Assembly: GCF_029504745.1 (NCBI RefSeq)
Contig: NZ_JAQFIQ010000033.1
Coordinates: 1-26,238 of the forward strand
Source of the DNA: Breznakia sp. PF5-3
GTDB taxonomy: Bacteria; Bacillota_I; Bacilli_A; Erysipelotrichales; Erysipelotrichaceae
Reading direction: 5' to 3'
DNA: 26,238 nt
This document shows positions 8,859 to 17,061 of this stretch, in pieces (position 1 is the first letter of the stretch; each line of letters starts with the position of its first letter). Position numbers and translations under genes: made by a program. The notes under the pieces were generated by a model that saw only the letters and a list, made by a program, of their open reading frames with translations, searched no databases and was not told the DNA's origin.

Positions 8859-8898
8859 AACTGGATATCAAACGCTTAGCGTGATATCCAGTTTTTTT
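8859..8898 (+). terminator. Rho-independent terminator of the uvrA-trxB operon.
   Basis: A 12-bp stem, AACTGGATATCA (8859-8870) with TGATATCCAGTT (8882-8893), is followed by a T-run to 8898. Confidence 0.85.
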
Positions 8899-8973
8899 AT
8901 GAGTATAATGTAGTATAATAATAAAATAAAAGATAGTCGCTTTGTATCAATAAAAATAGAGAGGGGGATGATT

Positions 8974-9552
8974 ATGAAGCGGACATTATATTTAATGAGA
9001 CATGGTCAAACGGTATTCAATGTAAGAAAAAAGATTCAAGGACAATGTGATTCTCCATTAACAGAGGTAGGAATGAAACAGGCTCTTATTGCGAAAGCAT
9101 ACTTTAAGAAACAAAATATTACGTTCACTCATGCATACGCATCAACGGCAGAGAGAGCCAGTGATACTTTAGAAATTGTTACAGATATGCCATATACGAG
9201 AGTAAAAGGATTAAAAGAGTGGGGTTTTGGTGTGTTTGAAGGTGAGATGGATGATCTGATGCCACCAAGGCCATATGGGGACTTCTTTATTGCCTTTGGT
9301 GGAGAAGGTGAAAGTCAAGTTAGAAATCGTGTGTCAGATACACTTATGAAGATTATGCAAGAAGAAGATCATGAACATGTTTTAGTCATATCACATGGAG
9401 CATCTTGTAGGCAGTTTATGAAAAAATGGGAACATACAAGTGATGTGGGGCAAAAGGAAAAGATTGAAAACTGTTGTATTTTAAAGTTTGCTTTTGAAGA
9501 TAATAGTTTTAAATTATTAGAGATTATTAATCATAATTTTAGTGAAATTTAA
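8974..9552 (+). CDS. Histidine phosphatase superfamily protein (phosphoglycerate-mutase-like, branch 1).
   Basis: It has the LMRHGQT catalytic RHG motif and a downstream SHG histidine. The ORF track starts at ATG 8968. ATG 8974 has better spacing from the RBS GAGGGGG (8961-8967). Confidence 0.8.
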   Translation: MKRTLYLMRHGQTVFNVRKKIQGQCDSPLTEVGMKQALIAKAYFKKQNITFTHAYASTAERASDTLEIVTDMPYTRVKGLKEWGFGVFEGEMDDLMPPRPYGDFFIAFGGEGESQVRNRVSDTLMKIMQEEDHEHVLVISHGASCRQFMKKWEHTSDVGQKEKIENCCILKFAFEDNSFKLLEIINHNFSEI

Positions 9553-9555
9553 AGG

Positions 9556-9583
9556 CTTTGTACTGCTATGTACAAAGTTTTTT
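9556..9583 (+). terminator. Rho-independent terminator.
   Basis: The stem is CTTTGTAC (9556-9563) with GTACAAAG (9570-9577), followed by TTTTTT (9578-9583). Confidence 0.8.
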
Positions 9584-9597
9584 AATTTATATAGTAG

Positions 9598-9611
9598 TGA
9601 AAGCGCTTTAA
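9598..9611. promoter_or_regulatory. Candidate catabolite-responsive element (cre, CcpA/P-Ser-HPr site) upstream of the giant glycosidase gene.
   Basis: TGAAAGCGCTTTAA differs at one position from the ideal palindromic cre TGAAAGCGCTTTCA (consensus TGWAANCGNTNWCA). It lies about 240 nt upstream of the ATG at 9850. Confidence 0.5.
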
Positions 9612-9849
9612 AAAGTGCAAAATCTATACTTTTTTTTATAAATACTTTTTCATGTGAGTATTTATAATTGTAATTGGGAAGATTAAAAATATAAATATTG
9701 TATATCAGCTTATGAAAGGAGAGGTAATAACAACTAAAAAGACTACTCTTATAGATATTTCTTAGATGTAATGGTAACTTTTATAGCTGTAGTGCAATTA
9801 TTAGAAAAGTAGATTATGAATTTGTAGTTTAAAAAGTAAGGAGAAAAAT

Positions 9850-12800
9850 ATGAAATTAAAGAAGAGTATTGTTTATTTGCTTGTGATTGCTTATTTCTTT
9901 TCTTTTTTACCTGAGACACAAGTGCTAGTATCATCTGCAGAAACGGGAGATGTAGAGGTTACTAAAACAAGTTCGTATGTAGAAATAGGGAATGAATCAT
10001 TAAGTAGAAGATTTGGTATTGAAAATAATAAGTTGATAACAGAATATATTAATAATAAACGAATCGGTAAAAAACTTGAACCAGATACAGGATCAGATGA
10101 TTTTGTGATACGCGTATTAGGTGAAAAAAGCGAGGTGAAAGATACACTGCCAGTTAAAGAGCTGGAACGTGATAATTGGAGTGGAACGCTTTCTCAAGCC
10201 GATGGTGTAGATCCAATAGATGCAGCAAAATTGTTTGATGGAAATGACACTACAGAAGTAGAATATGCAAAAGGTGGTAAATTTCCTTATGCTATTACAG
10301 TCAATTTAAATGAAGTCAAAACATTTCAGTCTTTTTCATTTCAAAAAAGAATGGGAAATGCAAATTCTGCATGGGGTATAAATGGAACGATAGGAAAGTT
10401 TTCACTTGAAACTAGTACGGATGGAAATACATGGACAGCAGCTGGAACAGGAGAGTTCACAAAAGAAGCTTATAATCTCCATTTAGAAGATGGTAAATAT
10501 AACACAGCTGATTTAGTGTATGCAAATTTTGATAGTCCACAAACAGCACAATATGTAAGAATTATGATGTTGAGTGGAGCGCTTTCTACAAACCAATCGT
10601 TTTGTGGAGCAGAAATACGTTTGTACGAAGATAAGTATGTGAAAGCAGAGCGAGAAGATGAGTTTATTCGTTCATCAGATTTAGAAGTTAAAGAAATTAA
10701 AGAAAACAATATTGATAATGGAAAAGAGATTATTGTTGACTTTAAACCATATATGTATAAATCAATAACATGGGATTTATCATATCATGTAGTGATGAAA
10801 AATGATGATTACTTTATGAGAACATTTGTGGAAATTGGTGCAGATGATAAAGAAAAGGCAAGAATTGATTATTTAGCTTTGGATCATTTTGTTTTAAATA
10901 CTACAGCTGAAGATGTTTGGAGTAGACCAGATAGTTTTAAGGTCGCTGATGGACAATATAATTTCTTAGCGCATGAGATGCAATTAGGACAGCCAATATA
11001 TGCAACAGGACTCTTCTTTGGAAGTGAATTTCCTGCTACTGATACAAATGTTGTGGATGATGTAATGGAAGTACGTTATTATTCAGGAAAAAGTATTGCA
11101 CAATTTGAGGAAGAAGGATCACTTAACAACAATCGCTTTGTAAGTTGGCCTAATGTTGTAGGAGCAGCAGAAGGAACTGATATGAATGTTGTGCAAACAG
11201 ATTTCTTTGCTTATATTGATACCATTGCTACAGAAACAAATTTTAGAAAGCAATATAATTCATGGTATGAAAATAGAATGGGTATTACAGATGAAAGTAT
11301 TCAACGAATTTTTTATGCATCTGAAAAAGGACTTTCTGAAAATGGTGTGGAGCCATTAGATTCATATGTTGTAGATGATGGATGGAATAATTACAATGAT
11401 CCTACTTTTACAAAAATTGATGTTGAACGTTCAGGAAATAGTTATAATCGTACAGGATTTTGGGAATTTAATGATAAGTTTCCAAATGAATTATATCCTT
11501 CTATGGAAATGGCACATAAATTCAATTCAACGTTTGGACTTTGGTTAGGTCCTCAAGGTGGATATGAATTGTATAATACATTCTCTCAATATCTTGAAAG
11601 TAAAGGAACTGCATATGTACATCATAAAGGTGCATTAGGAAAAGTAGTTGATGCAGGATCAAAAGTATATTTAGGACATTTGAAAAATTTGTTTGTTGAT
11701 TATCAATCACGCTTTGATATTGATTATTGGAAATTAGATGGATTTGCTTCTAGACCAAACGATGAAACAGATAATGATCATATGTCTGGTGGCGATAACA
11801 ATATGTATTATACTAGTGAGTTGTGGGAAAATTGGATTAAAGTCTTTGAAGCTATGCGTTCACAAAGAGCAGCAGAAGGAAAAGGCTTGTTTATAAATGC
11901 AACATGTTATGTAAACCCTTCTCCATGGCACTTACAGTGGGTAAATACAATTTGGCAACAAAATGCTGGTGATTTAGCTAGTGATGCTTCCAATGGGGGA
12001 AGTCAATCAGCTAAAATGATATCGGGAAGAGATAATGTTTATTTTGTTAATGGGGTGGATGGACAATTCCAATTCCCACTAAAGAATGTATATAATCATG
12101 AACCAATTTATGGAAAGTCGGCAAATGTAAGTATGACTACGGATGAGTTTAGAGAATATTTAGTAGGAAATGCAGTTCGTGGAACAGCTTTTTGGGAATT
12201 GTATTTTTCACCAAGTATGTTAGATGATGCAAAATGGAAAGTTACTGCTGAAGTATTAGATTTTGCAGAGGAAAATCAAAATATTCTAGCAAAAGCTAAA
12301 TTGTTTGGTAATGCACCAAAAACAAAAGCAGGAATTTATGGATATTCAGCTTGGGATGGAAATGAAGGAATTGTATACTTTAGAAATCCTACAAATGCAA
12401 AGAAGACATACTCTTTTACATATGATGATGTCGCAGGAGTTCCAAAGACAGTAAATGAATTACAACAAGTACAAGTATATCCATATAAAAATGCAATGGA
12501 CAATAAAACTATTTCTTATGGTGATAAAGTAGAAATTAGTTTAGAACCATATGAATTGGTTGTATATCAGTATGGAAAAAAAGATACAGATAAGCCAGAG
12601 ATAGAATCAATTAAAAATATTGATGATAAAACGATTCAGGTAATCTTTAATGAACGTATTTCGGATGATATGGATATTACATTATCAAATGCGACAGTGA
12701 AGTCAATAAAATTATTAGCTGATTATAAAACAGTGAATATTGTTAGCGAAGAGCAATTGAGTGATGATGTGAATGTGGATTTAAAATATCAAGATATTGC

Positions 12801-15048
12801 TGGTAATGAAAAAGCATCTTTAGAAACGGTTAACATATATGAAGAAAATGTAGTCGCTTCTTTGAAAAATAAGGATACATTAAAAAATACAGAAGAAATG
12901 ACAGAGGCTAAGTTGGAGCGCTCAAATATTCCAATGCCATTATTAGATGGTGATGTTTATGAATTGAAAGATAAAAATACATTTGATGGAAAAGGTGACT
13001 TTTCGTTGTCTTTCATTATGAAAAGTGGAAGTAAAAACACTCAAATTTATAAGCAAAAAGATTTTGAAGTTGGAATTAATTCAGATGGATATATATATAC
13101 AACCATTGCTGGTAATACATTCGATTCTAAAGATACGGTTACTGAAGTTGTAGAGTTAGAACATGGATTAAGAGGTAGTGCAGAGTATGTGCCGACTTCA
13201 ACAACTACTAAGGTATTAGGATTGGTTGCAGATGATAATCTACATACAGTTGTTGTTTCAAAAGAACGAAATGGATTGTGTAAAATTTATGTTGATGGTG
13301 AATTGAGAAAATCTTTATACCTTCCAGATGTTACATTAGAAGCACAAACAGGTTCTAAAATTACATTAGGTAGTGATGAATTTGTTGGATATGTAGGAAA
13401 TGTAATGTTCCGTAATCGAAGTGTTGGTTATGATGAAGCAATAAAAATAAAAGAAGATCTATTATTATCAGGTAATGTTATAGCAGATCGCTCTGAATGG
13501 ACAGCTACAGCAAGTTCAGAGTATGCGAAAAAACCTGCAGTTGAAGGTCCAGCAGGATTGGCAATTGATGGGGATACAGGAACGCTATGGCATACGAATT
13601 GGGCTGCACCATATCCAGAACCTCGTGATCATTGGATTGCTATTGATTTTGGAAAAGAAGAAACATTTGATAAGGTTCTTTATACAGGAAGAGGTGCGAA
13701 TACAAATGGAAATGTAAAAGATTACATTATTCAAATAAAAGATGAATCAGATAAGTGGATTGATATTAAGAGTGGTCAACTAGCAGATGGTGGACTTCAA
13801 ACGATTGAACTTGATGAAAAGGTGACAAGTACTGCAATGCGTATTAAGGCTGTATCTTCTTATGGAAAAGAAACAACACATGCAGCTGCAGTAGAGATTA
13901 ATATATCTTGTTCATTAGATGAACTAGCGGATTATAATAGTTTTAGAGATTCTGTAGATGCTATCAAAGTAAAGGATAAAAATAAATATACAGAAGATAG
14001 TTATCAAGCTTATAAAGATGCATATGATGCATTAGTTGAATCGAAACTAATTTTAGATATTGAAAAGAATACAGTTAATCAACTATGGGATGTATTTACA
14101 GATGCCGAATCAAAATTAGTTGAAAAGCCAATTGTATTGGATACGAAAGCATTAGAAGATGCTATCAAAAATGCAGAAGCAATTGATTTAAATCTATATA
14201 CGAAGGAATCTACAGATGCTTTGAAGGATGCTATTAAATCAGCAAAAGATGTTGTAGCGAATGCCACAACACAAGAAGAAATTAATACATCAGTATCTAA
14301 TTTGAATGCAGCAGTAAATAATCTTGTAGAGAAAACAAAAGAGTTGGATACTTCAGAATTGAAAAAAATGATTGATCAAGCAGAAAATATGGATTTGAGC
14401 AATTATACATCTGAAAGTGTTGCGAATTTACAAAAGGAAATAACAAATGCAAAAGATGTTTTAGCAAATGCCACAACACAAGAAGCATTAGATGATGCGT
14501 TACAAAGTCTTGTTAAGGCAATGAATGGATTAGTAGAAATACATCCATCAGAAGGTCTTACATATAGAACTTTAGTAAGTGAAGATGGAAAAGTAAAAGT
14601 CTCAGGATATTTACATGATGATGTTAAATTAATTGTGAAGCGTTATCAAAACCTAAAAGCATTCTTAAAAGATATAAAAGATAAAGATTACTTGAAGGGG
14701 AATGAAATACTAGCTGCTTACGATATAGAACTACAAAGAAACGGTGAAAAATATATCTTTGATCGTCCTGTGAAGGTTGAGATTAAAACAGATGATAAAA
14801 TGAATGGTAAACCATTAAGAATTGTACATATTGATGAAAATAAGGATATCATTCGTTATGATTCTAAAGTAGAAAAAGAATATATTGGTTTCCATACAAC
14901 ACATCTTTCAGATTATGCAATATCAACTGTGGTGAATGGACCAAAACCATCAACAGGGGATAATAGTAATACTGCAATATATATGTCATTATTATTAATG
15001 TCACTTGGTATTGTTATTAGAAAATCATATAAAAAAATGTATCATTGA
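9850..15048 (+). CDS. Cell-wall-anchored multidomain glycoside hydrolase. In order it has a signal peptide, an F5/8-type-C (CBM32-like) domain, and a clan GH-D-like (GH27/GH36-type alpha-galactosidase / alpha-N-acetylgalactosaminidase-like) catalytic region. These are followed by an Ig-like domain, a LamG/ConA-like domain, a second F5/8-type-C domain, three FIVAR repeats and a C-terminal sorting signal.
   Basis: An AAGGAG RBS lies at 9838-9843. The N-terminus MKLKKSIVYLLVIAYFFSFL...SSAE is a signal peptide. Catalytic-region motifs occur in the order expected for clan GH-D: YNSWY (NSW at 11257-11265), VVDDGW (DDGW at 11374-11385), DYWKLDGF (KLD at 11731-11739) and TIWQQNAGDL. The discoidin-like segments are AAKLFDGNDTT... 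and AIDGDTGTLWHTNW...HWIAIDFG. The LamG-like segment is FSLSFIMKSG...HTVVVSKERNGLCKIYVDGEL. The family assignment is from motifs only. Confidence 0.7.
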   Translation: MKLKKSIVYLLVIAYFFSFLPETQVLVSSAETGDVEVTKTSSYVEIGNESLSRRFGIENNKLITEYINNKRIGKKLEPDTGSDDFVIRVLGEKSEVKDTLPVKELERDNWSGTLSQADGVDPIDAAKLFDGNDTTEVEYAKGGKFPYAITVNLNEVKTFQSFSFQKRMGNANSAWGINGTIGKFSLETSTDGNTWTAAGTGEFTKEAYNLHLEDGKYNTADLVYANFDSPQTAQYVRIMMLSGALSTNQSFCGAEIRLYEDKYVKAEREDEFIRSSDLEVKEIKENNIDNGKEIIVDFKPYMYKSITWDLSYHVVMKNDDYFMRTFVEIGADDKEKARIDYLALDHFVLNTTAEDVWSRPDSFKVADGQYNFLAHEMQLGQPIYATGLFFGSEFPATDTNVVDDVMEVRYYSGKSIAQFEEEGSLNNNRFVSWPNVVGAAEGTDMNVVQTDFFAYIDTIATETNFRKQYNSWYENRMGITDESIQRIFYASEKGLSENGVEPLDSYVVDDGWNNYNDPTFTKIDVERSGNSYNRTGFWEFNDKFPNELYPSMEMAHKFNSTFGLWLGPQGGYELYNTFSQYLESKGTAYVHHKGALGKVVDAGSKVYLGHLKNLFVDYQSRFDIDYWKLDGFASRPNDETDNDHMSGGDNNMYYTSELWENWIKVFEAMRSQRAAEGKGLFINATCYVNPSPWHLQWVNTIWQQNAGDLASDASNGGSQSAKMISGRDNVYFVNGVDGQFQFPLKNVYNHEPIYGKSANVSMTTDEFREYLVGNAVRGTAFWELYFSPSMLDDAKWKVTAEVLDFAEENQNILAKAKLFGNAPKTKAGIYGYSAWDGNEGIVYFRNPTNAKKTYSFTYDDVAGVPKTVNELQQVQVYPYKNAMDNKTISYGDKVEISLEPYELVVYQYGKKDTDKPEIESIKNIDDKTIQVIFNERISDDMDITLSNATVKSIKLLADYKTVNIVSEEQLSDDVNVDLKYQDIAGNEKASLETVNIYEENVVASLKNKDTLKNTEEMTEAKLERSNIPMPLLDGDVYELKDKNTFDGKGDFSLSFIMKSGSKNTQIYKQKDFEVGINSDGYIYTTIAGNTFDSKDTVTEVVELEHGLRGSAEYVPTSTTTKVLGLVADDNLHTVVVSKERNGLCKIYVDGELRKSLYLPDVTLEAQTGSKITLGSDEFVGYVGNVMFRNRSVGYDEAIKIKEDLLLSGNVIADRSEWTATASSEYAKKPAVEGPAGLAIDGDTGTLWHTNWAAPYPEPRDHWIAIDFGKEETFDKVLYTGRGANTNGNVKDYIIQIKDESDKWIDIKSGQLADGGLQTIELDEKVTSTAMRIKAVSSYGKETTHAAAVEINISCSLDELADYNSFRDSVDAIKVKDKNKYTEDSYQAYKDAYDALVESKLILDIEKNTVNQLWDVFTDAESKLVEKPIVLDTKALEDAIKNAEAIDLNLYTKESTDALKDAIKSAKDVVANATTQEEINTSVSNLNAAVNNLVEKTKELDTSELKKMIDQAENMDLSNYTSESVANLQKEITNAKDVLANATTQEALDDALQSLVKAMNGLVEIHPSEGLTYRTLVSEDGKVKVSGYLHDDVKLIVKRYQNLKAFLKDIKDKDYLKGNEILAAYDIELQRNGEKYIFDRPVKVEIKTDDKMNGKPLRIVHIDENKDIIRYDSKVEKEYIGFHTTHLSDYAISTVVNGPKPSTGDNSNTAIYMSLLLMSLGIVIRKSYKKMYH
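14137..14550 (+). repeat. Two tandem 207-bp (69-codon) FIVAR-type domain repeats inside the glycosidase CDS. A more diverged third copy lies upstream at about 13918-14136.
   Basis: Both units start TTGGATAC (14137 and 14344). They share an identical 18-mer, ATGCCACAACACAAGAAG, at 14261-14278 and 14468-14485, exactly 207 bp apart. The protein pattern L(Y)T..S...L...I..AKDV.ANATTQE.....L..A...LVE is typical of FIVAR. Confidence 0.8.
14941..15045 (+). other. C-terminal cell-wall sorting signal with a non-canonical motif: PKPSTGD, then a hydrophobic segment, then a basic tail.
   Basis: The sequence is PKPSTGDNSNTAIYMSLLLMSLGIVIRKSYKKMYH*. PSTG is encoded at 14947-14958. The tripartite layout matches sortase substrates, but the motif is (K)PSTG rather than LPXTG. 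Confidence 0.6.
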
Positions 15049-15071
15049 TATTTTATAGTGATAAGTAAAAA

Positions 15072-15105
15072 GATGAAATCGGATATTTCCGATTTTATCT
15101 TTTTT
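15072..15105 (+). terminator. Rho-independent terminator of the glycosidase gene.
   Basis: A 12-bp stem, GATGAAATCGGA (15072-15083) with TCCGATTTTATC (15088-15099), includes one G-U pair and has loop TATT. It is followed by TTTTTT. Confidence 0.85.
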
Positions 15106-15192
15106 ACTATTCTAGGAATTGTGAACATAATAATGAAAATAATATTGTGGAAAAAGCATTCTTTTTTGTGAATGTGTGTGTTGATAGTAACT

Positions 15193-15223
15193 TTGATATT
15201 TTTGTGACATTATATGGTATAAT
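15193..15223 (+). promoter_or_regulatory. Candidate promoter of the rapZ-yvcK-whiA operon: TTGATA at 15193-15198 and an extended -10, TGGTATAAT, at 15215-15223.
   Basis: TGnTATAAT is present with TATAAT at 15218-15223. The spacer to TTGATA is 19 nt, which is long, so the -35 assignment is weak. Confidence 0.4.
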
Positions 15224-15248
15224 AATCCCAAGATAAGAGGTGAGGTTT

Positions 15249-16115
15249 ATGCACAAAACAAAAAAGCAAAATGTAATTCTTGTCACAGGAATGTCAGGGG
15301 CAGGAAAAACAAGTGCAATTGCCATTTTAGAAGATATGGGATATCACTGTATCGATCAGTTTCCTGTACAGTTAATTGGAGAACTAGGTAAAATTATTAC
15401 AAATCAACAAGCAGAGGACCGTTACCAAAATCTTGCGTTAGCGACTTCAGCGCAAGACTATCAGAAATTTTTATCTTATTTTGAAGGTCGTGAAATGAAT
15501 GTGAAAGTGTTATATTTAGATGCAAGTAATGAGAAATTGTTATTACGTTATAAATTTACACGAAGATCACATCCTTTTGTATTGTCTGGTAAAGCAAATA
15601 CCTTGGAAGAAGCGATTGAAGCAGAGCGTGATTTGTTTAATGAATTAAGTTATCGCAAAGTAATTCATATTGATACTACTAAGCTTACTTTAAAAGCACT
15701 TCGTGAATTGATTGAATCAAAGTTAGCAATTGATTCAAAAGAAGGGTTTGCTATATCGTTTGTTTCTTTTGGTTATAAGCATGGTGTTCCCTTAGATGCG
15801 GATTTGATGTTTGATGTGAGGTTTTTACCTAACCCATATTGGATTGAGAGTATGCGCTCTCTTACAGGGGATGATAAAGAAGTTTATGATTATGTTATGG
15901 AAAGTAAAGAAACGAAAGCTTACTTAAAAAGGTTGCTTACGTTTTTGGATTATTCATTTAAACAATATAAAAAAGAAGGTAAAAACCATCTGAGTGTTGG
16001 AATTGGTTGTACTGGAGGGCAGCATCGAAGTGTTGCACTTACGAATTATTTATTTGATAACTATCGTAATAAGTATCAATGTCATAAAGGACATCGTGAT
16101 AAGAAGGTGGACTGA
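15249..16115 (+). CDS. rapZ: RapZ/YvcJ-family nucleotide-binding protein (RNase adapter / P-loop ATPase).
   Basis: It has the P-loop VILVTGMSGAGKTSA and the C-terminal GCTGGQHRSV motif. The ORF track starts at GTG 15240. ATG 15249 follows the RBS AAGAGGTGAGG (15235-15245). Confidence 0.9.
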   Translation: MHKTKKQNVILVTGMSGAGKTSAIAILEDMGYHCIDQFPVQLIGELGKIITNQQAEDRYQNLALATSAQDYQKFLSYFEGREMNVKVLYLDASNEKLLLRYKFTRRSHPFVLSGKANTLEEAIEAERDLFNELSYRKVIHIDTTKLTLKALRELIESKLAIDSKEGFAISFVSFGYKHGVPLDADLMFDVRFLPNPYWIESMRSLTGDDKEVYDYVMESKETKAYLKRLLTFLDYSFKQYKKEGKNHLSVGIGCTGGQHRSVALTNYLFDNYRNKYQCHKGHRDKKVD

Positions 16116-17056
16116 TGAAAAAGGTAGTTGTTATCGGTGGAGGTACAGGGCAATCGGTTATTCTTCGTGGTTTAAAGAATATTCCAGATATAAAGCTGAG
16201 TACGATTGTTACCGTAGCAGATGATGGCGGAAGCACAGGACGTTTAAGGGAAAATTATCGGATGCCTGCAATGGGGGATATTCGTAATGTTATGGTTGCT
16301 TTAGCGGAAAGTGAAACGTTACTATCATCTTTGATGGATTATCGTTTTGAAGGAAGTGGGGATGTAGCAGGTCATAATCTTGGGAATCTTTTACTGACTG
16401 CATTGACGCAGATAAGTGGTAATTTTCTTGAAGCAATTCAGACATTTTCACGGGTTTTGCGTGTGAAGGGAGAGATTATTCCTTCAACTACACAAATTGT
16501 GAACTTGATTGCCGTTATGGAAGATGGAACAAAGGTAAAAGGGGAAAGTAATATTCCTAAGTTTCATAATCGTATTGAAAAGGTATATTACCAAGAGCGA
16601 GTATATGCAACGCGTAGAGCGATATCAGCAATAGAATCTGCCGATTATATTATTTTTGGAATTGGAAGTTTGTATACGAGTATAATGCCGAATATTATTA
16701 TTCCAGAAATCAACCAAGCACTTAAGAAGAGTAAATCTAAAAAGATTTATTTTTGTAATGTTATGAGCCAGCCAGGGGAAACGGATCACTTTACATTAGA
16801 AGATCATGTGACAGCAATTGAAAAGCATTCTTATAAGGGTATTATTGATGTTGTTGTTACACATAATAATATTTTATATAGTGAAGTATTAGAAAATTAT
16901 CGTAAAGAGGATAGTTATCCAATCTGGATTGCAGATAAGGAACATGCTTATAAACTTGTGAAAAAGGATTTGCTTAAATTTGATGATGACTTGATTCGTC
17001 ATGATAGTGAGAAAGTAAAAAGTGCATTTGAAGAATTGTTAGAAGTAAAGGAGTGA
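16115..17056 (+). CDS. yvcK: YvcK/GlmR-family gluconeogenesis factor (CofD-like, UDP-sugar binding).
   Basis: Motifs seen are VVVIGGGTGQSVILRGLK and TVADDGGSTGRLR. The start overlaps the rapZ stop by 1 nt. Confidence 0.9.
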   Translation: MKKVVVIGGGTGQSVILRGLKNIPDIKLSTIVTVADDGGSTGRLRENYRMPAMGDIRNVMVALAESETLLSSLMDYRFEGSGDVAGHNLGNLLLTALTQISGNFLEAIQTFSRVLRVKGEIIPSTTQIVNLIAVMEDGTKVKGESNIPKFHNRIEKVYYQERVYATRRAISAIESADYIIFGIGSLYTSIMPNIIIPEINQALKKSKSKKIYFCNVMSQPGETDHFTLEDHVTAIEKHSYKGIIDVVVTHNNILYSEVLENYRKEDSYPIWIADKEHAYKLVKKDLLKFDDDLIRHDSEKVKSAFEELLEVKE

Positions 17057-17061
17057 GGCCA

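Noticed and set aside
9712-9765. A 17-codon mini-ORF (MKGEVITTKKTTLIDIS*) and a strong SD-like AAAGGAGAGG (9715-9724) in the glycosidase leader.
   Set aside because: The ATG has no RBS of its own, and the SD-like string has no start codon 5-10 nt downstream. It is probably fortuitous, although a leader peptide cannot be excluded without ribosome profiling.
15134-15169. An 11-codon ORF and a short (TG)n run in the glycosidase-rapZ intergenic region.
   Set aside because: There is no RBS, it is very short, and the dinucleotide run has only ~5 units. It is not distinguishable from chance.
15994-16236. Overlapping 76-aa (+) and 65-aa (-) ORFs at the rapZ/yvcK junction.
   Set aside because: Both are out-of-frame or antisense to two strongly supported, motif-bearing genes and have no independent evidence.
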